DNA of 64,000 bases from Sporofaciens sp. SGI.106 (GTDB taxonomy: Bacteria > Bacillota > Clostridia > Lachnospirales > Lachnospiraceae). The position numbers and the translations under genes are program-made. The notes below the pieces were generated by a model. It saw nothing but the letters and a program-made list of their open reading frames with translations. It had not been told where the DNA came from and searched no databases. The stretch covers positions 62,204-126,203 of the forward strand of contig NZ_JBNPMZ010000003.1 of assembly GCF_050314255.1 (NCBI RefSeq), in the 5' to 3' direction. Positions 10,114 through 18,907 of this stretch are shown in pieces (positions within the stretch are counted from its first letter, which is position 1; every line of letters begins with the position of its first letter).

Positions 10114-10830
10114 CTATTTCAGAAGATCCCGCACTGTTTCTCCTGCAATAAGAAGACCTGCCACCGGAGGCACGAAAGAAATACTTCCCGGGACCGATCT
10201 GCGGCTTCCCTTGTCTTCTCCTGTATCTCTCCCGGAAATATCCACAGGTTTTTCCTTAGAATATAATACTTTCAAATGATAAATCCCTCTTGCCTTCAGC
10301 TCCCTGCGCATAACCTTGCACAAAGGGCAGACCGAGGTTTTGCTGATATCCGTAATTTCAAATAATTCTCCGTGAAGCTTATTGCCGGTTCCCATGCTGC
10401 TGATCATGGGAATCCCCCGCTTTTTCGCCTCCTCCACCACAACCAGTTTGGCTGTGACGGTATCGATTGCATCAATAATATAATCTATTTTCTCTTCAAA
10501 TAACTGTTCCACATTATCCGGCAGCACGAACATCTCATAGGTTTTCACCTGAATTTCCGGACAAATGTCCGCAATCCGCTTCTCCATTACCTTTGTTTTA
10601 TACTGGCCTACCGTACTGTGATAGGCGATAGACTGGCGGTTAATATTGGTAAGTGATACCGTGTCGTTATCCACCAGTATCAGCCTTCCAACGCCGCAGC
10701 GGGCCAGCGCCTCGATACAGTGTGAGCCGACACCACCCACTCCCAGCACCATCACTGTGGCACTTTTTAATTTTTCAATTCCTTCTTCCTCCAATAAAAG
10801 CTCTGTTCTTGAAAATTCATTTATCATCAT
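10114..10830 (-). CDS. tcdA: tRNA threonylcarbamoyladenosine dehydratase (ThiF/MoeB-family E1-like)
   Basis: VLGVGGVGSHCIEALARCGVGRLILVDNDTVSLTNINRQ Rossmann/E1 motif. Size about 240 aa. Confidence 0.8.
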   Translation of the reverse strand: MMINEFSRTELLLEEEGIEKLKSATVMVLGVGGVGSHCIEALARCGVGRLILVDNDTVSLTNINRQSIAYHSTVGQYKTKVMEKRIADICPEIQVKTYEMFVLPDNVEQLFEEKIDYIIDAIDTVTAKLVVVEEAKKRGIPMISSMGTGNKLHGELFEITDISKTSVCPLCKVMRRELKARGIYHLKVLYSKEKPVDISGRDTGEDKGSRRSVPGSISFVPPVAGLLIAGETVRDLLK

Positions 10831-10862
10831 ACAAACTTCTTTCTTACAAATTATGTAACAGT

Positions 10863-11654
10863 TCAATTTAAAATCAGCTCATCCACGGTTACAAATTCAT
10901 ATCCTTTTTCCTGCAGAATATCAATAACCCGAAGAGCGGCATCCACCGAGCTGTCATAGCAGTCATGCAATAAAATAATATCATTTTCCCCGGTTTCCGT
11001 CACTACTTTATTCACAATTTCATCCGCATTCTTTGTTGTCCAGTCCAGAGGATCCACGCTCCACATGACCGGAAGCACATCCATCTCCATCTCCAATTCT
11101 CTCTGCCAGGATCCAAAAGGAGGACGCATAAACTCCGGACATGTTCCGGTAATCTTTTCTATCACCTGGTTTGCCTCTTCTATTTCCCTGTATGCTGTCT
11201 CATTACTCACCCTGGATATTTCCACATGATGATAAGTATGGTTGCCGATCAGATGTCCTTCCTCGTCAATGCGCTTCACAATTTCCGGATACCTTTCTGC
11301 ATTTTCTCCGATCAGGAAAAAAGTAGCCTTCACTCCCCGTTCTTTGAGTCCGTCCAAAAGTCTGGGGGTACAGGCAGCACTGGGTCCATCGTCGAAAGTC
11401 AGCGCAATCTGAGGCTTTTCCATTGTCACCGAGGCACTCACATAAGAAACCGCCTCCCTGGTCTGAGCCGGAGTAAGCTGTTTTTCCTTTTTTACTATAT
11501 CCTGCCTGAAAAATCCACCGTCCCCGATTCCTCCCTGTATTTTCGCAGACAAAACGACCAGTATTCCCAAAGCAAATATTCGTATCCATTTTGTTCTATT
11601 TTTACAGGTTCTTTCCAAATGCCACATTTTTTCATACCCTATACGCTCAATCAA
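10863..11654 (-). CDS. polysaccharide deacetylase (NodB-homology domain), membrane-anchored
   Basis: ALTFDDGP motif and HTYHH motif. N-terminal TM segment. Confidence 0.8.
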   Translation of the reverse strand: MIERIGYEKMWHLERTCKNRTKWIRIFALGILVVLSAKIQGGIGDGGFFRQDIVKKEKQLTPAQTREAVSYVSASVTMEKPQIALTFDDGPSAACTPRLLDGLKERGVKATFFLIGENAERYPEIVKRIDEEGHLIGNHTYHHVEISRVSNETAYREIEEANQVIEKITGTCPEFMRPPFGSWQRELEMEMDVLPVMWSVDPLDWTTKNADEIVNKVVTETGENDIILLHDCYDSSVDAALRVIDILQEKGYEFVTVDELILN

Positions 11655-11744
11655 CTATGATACCTACGGATTGTTCCGTGCTTTGCACTCCCACAATCCT
11701 GGTATCCTATTATATGAAAATAACAAATCTCATATGTTGCACGT

Positions 11745-11772
11745 TGCATTATAAATTGGGGAATGTTATAAT
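11745..11772 (+). promoter_or_regulatory. sigma-70-like promoter (TTGCAT-16-TATAAT) for the MATE gene
   Basis: TTGCAT at 11745 and TATAAT at 11767, about 75 nt upstream of the ATG at 11847. Confidence 0.4.
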
Positions 11773-11846
11773 GAAAAACGTTGTGTGAAAACGAAAAATA
11801 AAATGTAAAACTACGAAAGACAAATGAAATCAATGGAGGAATTCTG

Positions 11847-13211
11847 ATGACCGAAACGACAATGCAGGAAAATAAGATGGGGGTAATGCCTGTCCCCAAA
11901 CTTTTAATCACCATGTCACTTCCCATGATGATTTCCATGCTGGTACAGGCTCTTTATAATATCGTAGACAGTATGTTCGTTGCCAAACTAAGCGAAGAAG
12001 CCCTGACAGCGGTATCTCTGGCTTTCCCTGTTCAGAACCTGATGATTGCTGTAGCTGCCGGCACCGGAGTAGGTATCAATGCGTTATTGTCCCGCAATTT
12101 GGGTGAAAAGAACTTTGAGGGAGCGAATAATGCTGCGAAAAACGGTATTTTTCTAGGATTAATGAGCTGTCTGCTATTTGCCCTAATCGGCGGATTGAGC
12201 GCTCATACATTTTTCCGGGCGCAGACCGATAACCCGGTAATCTTAACCTATGGAACGCAGTATATGACCATCATCTGCGTGATATCCGTCGGAATTTTTA
12301 TGCAGGTTACTTTTGAGCGGCTGATGCAGTCTACCGGAAAGACCATTTACAATATGATCAGCCAGGGAACCGGAGCCATTGTGAACATTATCCTGGATCC
12401 GATTCTTATCTTTGGATTATTCGGTCTTCCCAGGCTGGAAGTCGCCGGTGCAGCTATCGCTACCATTATCGGTCAGCTGGTTGCTGTCAGCATTTCCTTT
12501 TATTTTAATCTGACAAGAAATAAAGAGATCAACATTAACATGATGCATTTTCGTCCTCACGCCAGGACGATCGCAGCCATTTATGCAGTGGGCGTTCCAT
12601 CCATCATCATGCAGGCAATCGGTTCCGTCATGACCTTTGGTATGAACAAAATACTCCTGATGTTCTCTTCCACTGCGGCAGCCGTATTCGGTGTATATTT
12701 CAAGCTGCAGAGCTTCATTTTCATGCCGGTATTCGGACTGAATAATGGTATGATTCCGATCATCGCCTATAACTACGGTGCGAGAAACAAAAAAAGGATC
12801 ACACAAACGATCTGGCTGAGTGTAGTGATTGCCGTAAGCCTGATGCTGGTAGGGCTGGTCATCTTCCAGACCATGCCGGAATTCCTGCTTCGCACTCTAT
12901 TCGATGCCTCAGATCACATGGTAGAGATCGGAGTCCCGGCACTGCGCATCATTTCCTTAAGCTTTTTATTTGCCGGATTCTGTATCGTGGCAGGTTCCGT
13001 ATTCCAGGCTTTGGGAAATGGAGTTTACAGTCTGATCGTATCTGCGGCAAGACAATTATTTGTTATCCTTCCGGTAGCATACATCTTTGCCCGGGTATTC
13101 GGACTTCACATGGTATGGTGGTCCATTGCCATCGCAGAGATTGTCTCCCTGACATTCTCCTCACTTCTGCTTCGCAGGATATATGTAAAGAAAATAAAAC
13201 CATTGCCATAA
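11847..13211 (+). CDS. MATE family efflux transporter
   Basis: 12-TM protein with MATE-like N-terminus (PVPKLLITMSLPMMISMLVQALYNIVDSMFV). Confidence 0.85.
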   Translation: MTETTMQENKMGVMPVPKLLITMSLPMMISMLVQALYNIVDSMFVAKLSEEALTAVSLAFPVQNLMIAVAAGTGVGINALLSRNLGEKNFEGANNAAKNGIFLGLMSCLLFALIGGLSAHTFFRAQTDNPVILTYGTQYMTIICVISVGIFMQVTFERLMQSTGKTIYNMISQGTGAIVNIILDPILIFGLFGLPRLEVAGAAIATIIGQLVAVSISFYFNLTRNKEININMMHFRPHARTIAAIYAVGVPSIIMQAIGSVMTFGMNKILLMFSSTAAAVFGVYFKLQSFIFMPVFGLNNGMIPIIAYNYGARNKKRITQTIWLSVVIAVSLMLVGLVIFQTMPEFLLRTLFDASDHMVEIGVPALRIISLSFLFAGFCIVAGSVFQALGNGVYSLIVSAARQLFVILPVAYIFARVFGLHMVWWSIAIAEIVSLTFSSLLLRRIYVKKIKPLP

Positions 13212-13228
13212 ACTCAAAGTTATCATAA

Positions 13229-13275
13229 AAACCAGGCGACTACTGCTATCCGATGGCAGTAGCCTCCTGGTTTTC
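13229..13275. terminator. bidirectional intrinsic terminator-like hairpin between convergent genes
   Basis: CCAGGCGACTACTGC ... GCAGTAGCCTCCTGG stem flanked by A/T runs. Confidence 0.4.
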
Positions 13276-13277
13276 TT

Positions 13278-14054
13278 TTATACCGGTATTGATTCCAGTA
13301 CCTGTGACAACTCGGCAAAGTTAATCTCAAGTCTTCCATCATAGATACGAACCGGCACTTTATCATGAAAGGAATAAATGAGTGGAATCGGATCTTCTTC
13401 AAAGAAGTAAGTTACTACTTTCCTCTTCTGCAGATCAACTATCCAGTATTCTCTCACACCTGCTTCCATGTATTTTATCATTTTCTTTGTATAATCCATC
13501 TTTCTTGTTGATGTTGAAGTAATCTCTATCACCAGGTCAGGTGCTCCATAAAGTCCCTGCTTTAGCAACCGTTCTTTTCTGCATGTCACAACAAGATCCG
13601 GCTGAACTATCGTCCTGTCATCACAGTCCAGCTGTACGTCAAAGGGCGCCGGGATCACCAAACAACCTCCCTGATTTTCCCTGATGAACAATTCAAACAA
13701 AAACGCCAGTTTCATCACAAGAATCTGATGACCGGTCTGTGGCGCTTCCATGAAAATAAGTTCCCCGTCTATCAGTTCAGCCCTCACATCCTCCGGCAAT
13801 CCCCGATAATCTCCTATGGTATACGTGTTTTTCTTTTCGTAAGCCATACTTGTTTCACGGGTTTTATTCAATTCTTCGGTTTCATTGTCCAGCAAAACTC
13901 TCTCCAGTGCCATTTTCGTATCGTATTGTGGTGATTTTATCTCTCCGCTCAATATTTTTTTAATCGTTTCCACCGGCACCCCGGAAAGCTCCGCAAGTTC
14001 TTCTGTAGTAATCCCCTTTTCTTCTTTTTTTTGTTTCAGAATATCAACTATCAT
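13278..14054 (-). CDS. XRE-type HTH fused to Uma2-family (DUF820, PD-(D/E)xK) putative endonuclease
   Basis: N-terminal ELAELSGVPVETIKKILSGE HTH. C-terminal ELIDGEL...PDLVIEITSTSTRKMDYTKK...EYWIVD, typical Uma2. Confidence 0.7.
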   Translation of the reverse strand: MIVDILKQKKEEKGITTEELAELSGVPVETIKKILSGEIKSPQYDTKMALERVLLDNETEELNKTRETSMAYEKKNTYTIGDYRGLPEDVRAELIDGELIFMEAPQTGHQILVMKLAFLFELFIRENQGGCLVIPAPFDVQLDCDDRTIVQPDLVVTCRKERLLKQGLYGAPDLVIEITSTSTRKMDYTKKMIKYMEAGVREYWIVDLQKRKVVTYFFEEDPIPLIYSFHDKVPVRIYDGRLEINFAELSQVLESIPV

Positions 14055-14073
14055 ATAGCTTCACTCCTCACTA

Positions 14074-14200
14074 ATGACACCACGCAGATCACACCTGATT
14101 CCAGTATTGCTCAACATATTTCCACGCGTCTTCACTGGATTTGATTGCTTCTATACGCCTCTGCATGTCTTTAATCCGGTTGTTCTTACAATGACTGCTT
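14074..14200 (-). pseudogene. remnant of an Rpn-family recombination-promoting nuclease gene (internally deleted copy of 16657-17556)
   Basis: 14090-14135 matches 16660-16700 (C-terminal codons). 14138-14200 matches 16935-17000. No intact ORF remains. Confidence 0.6.
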
Positions 14201-14207
14201 ACTTCTT

Positions 14208-14420
14208 TCATTATACGAAAAATCGCAACAATTTACAACTTTTCTTATCTGAAATGTAAAAAATTGGATACACATGAGAGATACTCTCGATACTCTGACC
14301 GACTACACAGTCGATTAGAAAATAAGATATCTGAGTATTATTAACCTGAATGGTCTTATCAAATTCTCAAATGAATTGAAACGATTATATCAAAAATTTT
14401 ATTTTATGTCAATTATTATT
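14208..14420. repeat. about 213-bp segment duplicated at 17568-17780 (upstream region of the Rpn gene)
   Basis: Near-identical strings (cattatacgaaaaatcgcaacaatttacaacttttcttatctgaaatgtaaaaaattggataca...) at both places. Confidence 0.75.
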
Positions 14421-14477
14421 CATTCCCCTGCCTCTTCATTTCTGAAGAAGCAGAGGAATCTTAGTCCTTCTTGATAT

Positions 14478-15440
14478 TTAATACTGAATATCTATATTAT
14501 TAATCAAAATCGTATCATAATTAAGAAGAAAATTAACACTTTCCTCTCCATCCGCTGAACCATACTGAATATATCCCTGTGACTCACCGCAAATCTCTGC
14601 AATCATCTTATTGCTGTCCCATCCAAGACTTTCACATTCCTGAATTGCTTTATCAATCTGCCTGTCACGGATATATTCTACAATCACCTTCCGTTCAATG
14701 TCTTCCGGTGCCTCTTCTACTTTTTGACCTCTTTCCCATATAACCAGACAATCCTTTTCTGTCTTTCCACGGTAAATGATTTCCCGGCAATATTGCGTAA
14801 TCTCTTTATCAGTTTCCACCACAGTACCCTTTCTCTGAGTTGCAAATACAGCTGCCAGTCGATACATTTCAGGTACATTTCCACTCTCCCACGGAGTCAC
14901 TTGCCGAAAACTGATCTCAAGCCGGACATCTTCTGTAGACTTCTCATACGCATAATCCGGTATAATCCAGTCACTGGCAGATTGAATCCCTATCTTCTTA
15001 TCCGATCTCAGCTCACAATAAATATCACCATTTTTCAGCTGATAGATCTGTGTCACCTCTACCCGGTCACTCGGGATTCTGTAAATCATGTCCACGATTC
15101 CCCAATACCCTCCGGACAGATGCTGACAGATTGAATCGGCCGCAAGAACCGCTACGAGGAGCAAAGTAAGTATAACACTCAAAATGATCTTATTTTTGCG
15201 GGTAATTCTCTTTTTCAACTTTTTCATTATTGCAACAGCTGCATCCTCCTGTTCTGCCTCAGTTTGTTCTGTCACTTCACAGCTTATCGATAATTCTTTT
15301 CCGGTGTTTTCATAAATCTTCATGCACTCCTCACACCCCCGGATATGCTCCTCAATCATCTGCATACTCTCTTCCTGCAGCATCCCATCTTCATAAAGCA
15401 CAAGAAGATCCTGCACGATAGCACACTCTCTATTTTTCAT
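14478..15440 (-). CDS. anti-sigma factor, zf-HC2 type, single-pass membrane protein
   Basis: N-terminal CAIVQDLLVLYEDGML...HIRGCEECMK (zf-HC2), a TM helix near residue 90, and a large extracytoplasmic domain. Shares start/stop context with the ECF sigma gene (ATGA). Confidence 0.7.
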   Translation of the reverse strand: MKNRECAIVQDLLVLYEDGMLQEESMQMIEEHIRGCEECMKIYENTGKELSISCEVTEQTEAEQEDAAVAIMKKLKKRITRKNKIILSVILTLLLVAVLAADSICQHLSGGYWGIVDMIYRIPSDRVEVTQIYQLKNGDIYCELRSDKKIGIQSASDWIIPDYAYEKSTEDVRLEISFRQVTPWESGNVPEMYRLAAVFATQRKGTVVETDKEITQYCREIIYRGKTEKDCLVIWERGQKVEEAPEDIERKVIVEYIRDRQIDKAIQECESLGWDSNKMIAEICGESQGYIQYGSADGEESVNFLLNYDTILINNIDIQY

Positions 15441-15983
15441 CTATGGCACCTCCTTTATCAGTTCCTGAATCTTTAATTTTGCTCTGTGATAAGTCACTCT
15501 CGCCCATCCTTCCCCGTGTCCGAATATCTCACCGATTTCCCGGTAGGAAAGATCTCCCAGCGTTCTCAGCGTAAATACTTCTTTATACGGCTCGTCCAAA
15601 ATGTGAAGAATCTTATAGATGGACAGAGTTTCTTCTTTTCGGATGTACATGGCCTCCGGCACATTTCTTTCTGCATGTCCTGCTTCTCCTGCATCCATGA
15701 TACGCTCCTCCTGAATTTCCCCATTCGAGAGATGCTTCTGCTTCTTTATCCAGGACAGATATGTATTTTTTGCAATCTGACAGAGCCAGGTCTTCAAATG
15801 GCAGTTTCCCTTAAATCTGTGTATATTTTGCAGAGCCCTGTAAAATGTCTCCTGCGTAAGCTCTTCTGCAGTCTGGGGATTCCCACTTAAAGACAGGAGA
15901 AAATAATATACATCACGATAATACAGCTTATATACATCTTCGAATTGCAAGCATCTCACCTCCCTCTTTTCTCTTTCGTACAC
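15441..15983 (-). CDS. RNA polymerase ECF-type sigma-70 factor
   Basis: Region 2 (YYFLLSLSGNPQTAEELTQETFYRAL) and region 4 HTH (LSYREIGEIFGHGEGWARVTYHRAK). Confidence 0.85.
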   Translation of the reverse strand: MYEREKREVRCLQFEDVYKLYYRDVYYFLLSLSGNPQTAEELTQETFYRALQNIHRFKGNCHLKTWLCQIAKNTYLSWIKKQKHLSNGEIQEERIMDAGEAGHAERNVPEAMYIRKEETLSIYKILHILDEPYKEVFTLRTLGDLSYREIGEIFGHGEGWARVTYHRAKLKIQELIKEVP

Positions 15984-16022
15984 CTATTAGACTCCTCTGC
16001 TCACACTTCGTTACAAAGATTT

Positions 16023-16577
16023 TCATATTTTAATTAACTCTTCAATCTCTTTTCCCTCTTTCCATTGCTTATAGCATATGTCCGAACACTTTTTATACTG
16101 TTCAAATGTCCTCTTTGCCGCCTGCACATCCCCATACACCTTCCAGTATCCGGCGAATTTATAGTTTTTTGCATGATTCTCAATGAATCCCCTCACATCC
16201 TCCGGCGGATATCCCAGAAAAAGCCCAATCTCATGCGGAAATTCCCCGGATTGACACAGACGCATTTGAAGCCTCTCAATGCATTTTCTCATATTATCCA
16301 CAGAATAACCACATCTCCTCAGAATCCCGGCTACCTTTTCTGAGCTTAAGTCAGCCTTAAGCTTCTCCGGACGGAAAATATAGATTAAAATCCTGTTCTC
16401 AGACATAGTGAAAGGCATCACGCAGATTCCACGTGATGCCAGTCTTTGAGCCATATTATTCACTGTTTCTAAAAAAGATTCTCTGTCTGCACAGGTACAG
16501 TTCATCAGATTTCCTGTTTTTATTCCCGCGAGCGTCGGAGCACAATACCTTACCATCATTTCATCCAGCATAACCAT
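16023..16577 (-). CDS. DUF3793 family protein
   Basis: MVRYCAPTLAGIKTGNL N-terminus typical of DUF3793. A decayed copy is at 17790-17905. Confidence 0.55.
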   Translation of the reverse strand: MVMLDEMMVRYCAPTLAGIKTGNLMNCTCADRESFLETVNNMAQRLASRGICVMPFTMSENRILIYIFRPEKLKADLSSEKVAGILRRCGYSVDNMRKCIERLQMRLCQSGEFPHEIGLFLGYPPEDVRGFIENHAKNYKFAGYWKVYGDVQAAKRTFEQYKKCSDICYKQWKEGKEIEELIKI

Positions 16578-16656
16578 ACCTCCTGTGAGATATTGGTGTC
16601 CAAATGATGTACAGATTATACCCTGCTGTCAGTGTGAAAAAAGAGTACAATTTTCT

Positions 16657-17556
16657 TTACTTCCAGTATTGCTTAACATATTTCCACGCATCTTCACTGG
16701 ATATCTGACATTTATTTATCACCTTTGTTACTGTATCCTCTTTAGACATCCCAAATTCTCTATAAGTTTCTACCAGAGTCATGATTGTACCCTCAACTCT
16801 ACCCTGCTCTATTCCTTCTGTTCTGCCCTGCTCTATTCCTTCTGTTCTGCCCTGCTCTATTCCTTCTTCCCTTGCTTTCCGCTGAACCAATATCTTTTCT
16901 TCCCACGCCTGCATATATCTTACACCTACCTCTTCACTGGATTTGATTGCTTCTATTCGCCTCTGCATGTCCTTAATCCGGTTACTCTGACAACGATTGC
17001 TTACTTCTTCCGAGGTATGTTCTATGTAATGCAGCAATTCAACAAGTTCCTCACTGACTTCTCCAGCATTCGTACCGCGTGTATTTAAGAAAATCCTTGT
17101 CGCATCGTCTTCCAGTGATATTTCCGGTCTTTCTTTACATTTCATCTCAAAAGTATACTTATAAAGTCCTTTGCCGAATAAATCAAACGGCGTAATCATA
17201 ATAACAAAGACTTTATTCAACCTGTTGAAATCAATCTCACCTGGTTCCAGCAGCTTAACATCGATCATCGCCTGATACAGACGGCTTCTCTTCGGAAGGT
17301 TCTTCGTATCCTCTTTTTGAACCTCAGTATCATACACGACGTCGTCTGTATCCCATGCCCACACATCCAGTTTTACAAATCGTTTGAGTGGTGACGTGCG
17401 TTGCTCCTTCTCCGTATGCGGAAGATACTTTAATGCAATTTCTTTCCCCAAAACAATTTCAAGCACAGATTTTACAATTACCGGATCTTCCATAGCCTCA
17501 GCAAAAAGAAATCTGTCCAGAAGATTCAAATCCCTTAAATTTTTTCTTTTTTCCAT
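16657..17556 (-). CDS. Rpn family recombination-promoting nuclease / putative transposase (PD-(D/E)xK)
   Basis: LLDRFLFAEAMEDP... N-terminus and C-terminal EEGIEQGRTEGIEQGR repeats typical of the Rpn/YhgA family. Confidence 0.75.
   Translation of the reverse strand: MEKRKNLRDLNLLDRFLFAEAMEDPVIVKSVLEIVLGKEIALKYLPHTEKEQRTSPLKRFVKLDVWAWDTDDVVYDTEVQKEDTKNLPKRSRLYQAMIDVKLLEPGEIDFNRLNKVFVIMITPFDLFGKGLYKYTFEMKCKERPEISLEDDATRIFLNTRGTNAGEVSEELVELLHYIEHTSEEVSNRCQSNRIKDMQRRIEAIKSSEEVGVRYMQAWEEKILVQRKAREEGIEQGRTEGIEQGRTEGIEQGRVEGTIMTLVETYREFGMSKEDTVTKVINKCQISSEDAWKYVKQYWK
16800..16872. repeat. 24-bp tandem repeats x3 encoding EGIEQGRT repeats inside the Rpn gene
   Basis: ctgccctgctctattccttctgtt repeated three times. 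Confidence 0.75.
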
Positions 17557-17567
17557 CCTGTGTCTCC

Positions 17568-17780
17568 TTTCATTATACGAAAAATCGCAACAATTTACAA
17601 CTTTTCTTATCTGAAATGTAAAAAATTGGATACATATGAGAGATGCTCTCGATACTCTGACCGACTGTACAGTCGATTAGAAAATAAGATTTATGAGTAT
17701 TATTAACCAGAATGGTCTTATCAAATCCTCAGATGAATTAAAGAAATTATATCAAAAATTTTGTTATATGTCAACTTTTA
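17568..17780. repeat. second copy of the 213-bp segment (see 14208-14420)
   Basis: Direct sequence comparison. Confidence 0.75.
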
Positions 17781-17789
17781 TGCTGTCCA

Positions 17790-17905
17790 AATATCCTCTT
17801 TGCTTTCTGCACATCCACATACACCTTCCAGTATCCGGAGTGTTCATAGGCATAGTGAAAGGCATCACGCAGATTCCGCGTGATGCCAGTCTTTGAGCCA
17901 TATAT
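17790..17905 (-). pseudogene. remnant of a DUF3793 gene (internally deleted copy of 16023-16577)
   Basis: 17800-17850 matches 16100-16150. 17850-17905 matches 16400-16455. Confidence 0.5.
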
Positions 17906-17918
17906 TTCATTTACACCA

Positions 17919-18881
17919 TTAATTATTTACTTCATTTCTATAATCCATGAACGCGTCATAGGTGTCTTCTTCCAGCTCCAGAGATTCCATGACCTGTTTT
18001 GCAATATCACTGTCTATCGCGATACAGAACATGGTAATAGACAGATAGTGATCTCCACCGTCCACATCCATAAGGAACTGAGCGCTTGGCAGATCAGACC
18101 AGGTGAATGTCAAAGCTCTCCAGGTATAATCTCCATAGGTCACTTCTCCCACATCTTCATACCCTGTATCTCTTCCTAATTGAGATTCCACCGCTTCGTC
18201 CACCGTTCCTTTTTTCATATAGAAACCGATTCGCTGATCATCAGAGCCATCAAAGTTTTCCTGAAATTTTTCATCCTGCAGTGTAAATCCATCCGGCACA
18301 TCAAAGGAATAATATCCGTCATAGAGTTTTCCCTTTTCCTCTGCTTCTTTCTCTTCAACCTCTTCTTCCTCAGTCTCTTCTTCCTCCGTGTACTCGCCAA
18401 ACACGATGCTTTCCATCATGGTTGTCACATCCTCCGAATCAATATCCAGCACATCTCCGCCGACCACACAAACCACATGAGGAATACCATTTACAAGGGT
18501 AATATAGTGATAGGAAGCTTCTGCGTTAGTTGTAACATCCATACGCATATAATCATAGGACCCCACTGTCACTTCTGTCGGATTGGAAAATACATTCGGA
18601 CGTTCTTCGATATCTGTATTAATATCCTCTTTCAAAGCATCCATCGTATATTCTTCTCCCGATACATAGCCAAAGGTTTCAGCAAAGATATTTCCAACAT
18701 CGTTAGGACCGGCAATCTCTATATAATCACTGTTCGTGCTCTTGCTGCCTTCCGGTGCGATGGTAAGTACCTCCTGACTTTCAGATACCGTTACTGTATA
18801 CCCTTCTAACGGAGTCACCTCAATCACCCCGTGAGCGGATTTTACAGAAACAGGAGCCTTTGCTTCCTCATTTTCAAGCAT
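17919..18881 (-). CDS. hypothetical protein with poly-acidic stretch (TEEEETEEEEVEEKEAEEK)
   Basis: ORF with a 26-nt gap to the upstream lipoprotein gene. No signal peptide. Confidence 0.45.
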   Translation of the reverse strand: MLENEEAKAPVSVKSAHGVIEVTPLEGYTVTVSESQEVLTIAPEGSKSTNSDYIEIAGPNDVGNIFAETFGYVSGEEYTMDALKEDINTDIEERPNVFSNPTEVTVGSYDYMRMDVTTNAEASYHYITLVNGIPHVVCVVGGDVLDIDSEDVTTMMESIVFGEYTEEEETEEEEVEEKEAEEKGKLYDGYYSFDVPDGFTLQDEKFQENFDGSDDQRIGFYMKKGTVDEAVESQLGRDTGYEDVGEVTYGDYTWRALTFTWSDLPSAQFLMDVDGGDHYLSITMFCIAIDSDIAKQVMESLELEEDTYDAFMDYRNEVNN

Positions 18882-18907
18882 TTTCTCCTGATTATTCTTA
18901 CTGTCTT

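Noticed and set aside
14074-14259. 61-aa plus-strand ORF, and the similar 167-aa ORF at 16585-17088
   Set aside because: These are antisense readings of the Rpn gene and its remnant. The similarity between them reflects the DNA duplication, not a gene family.
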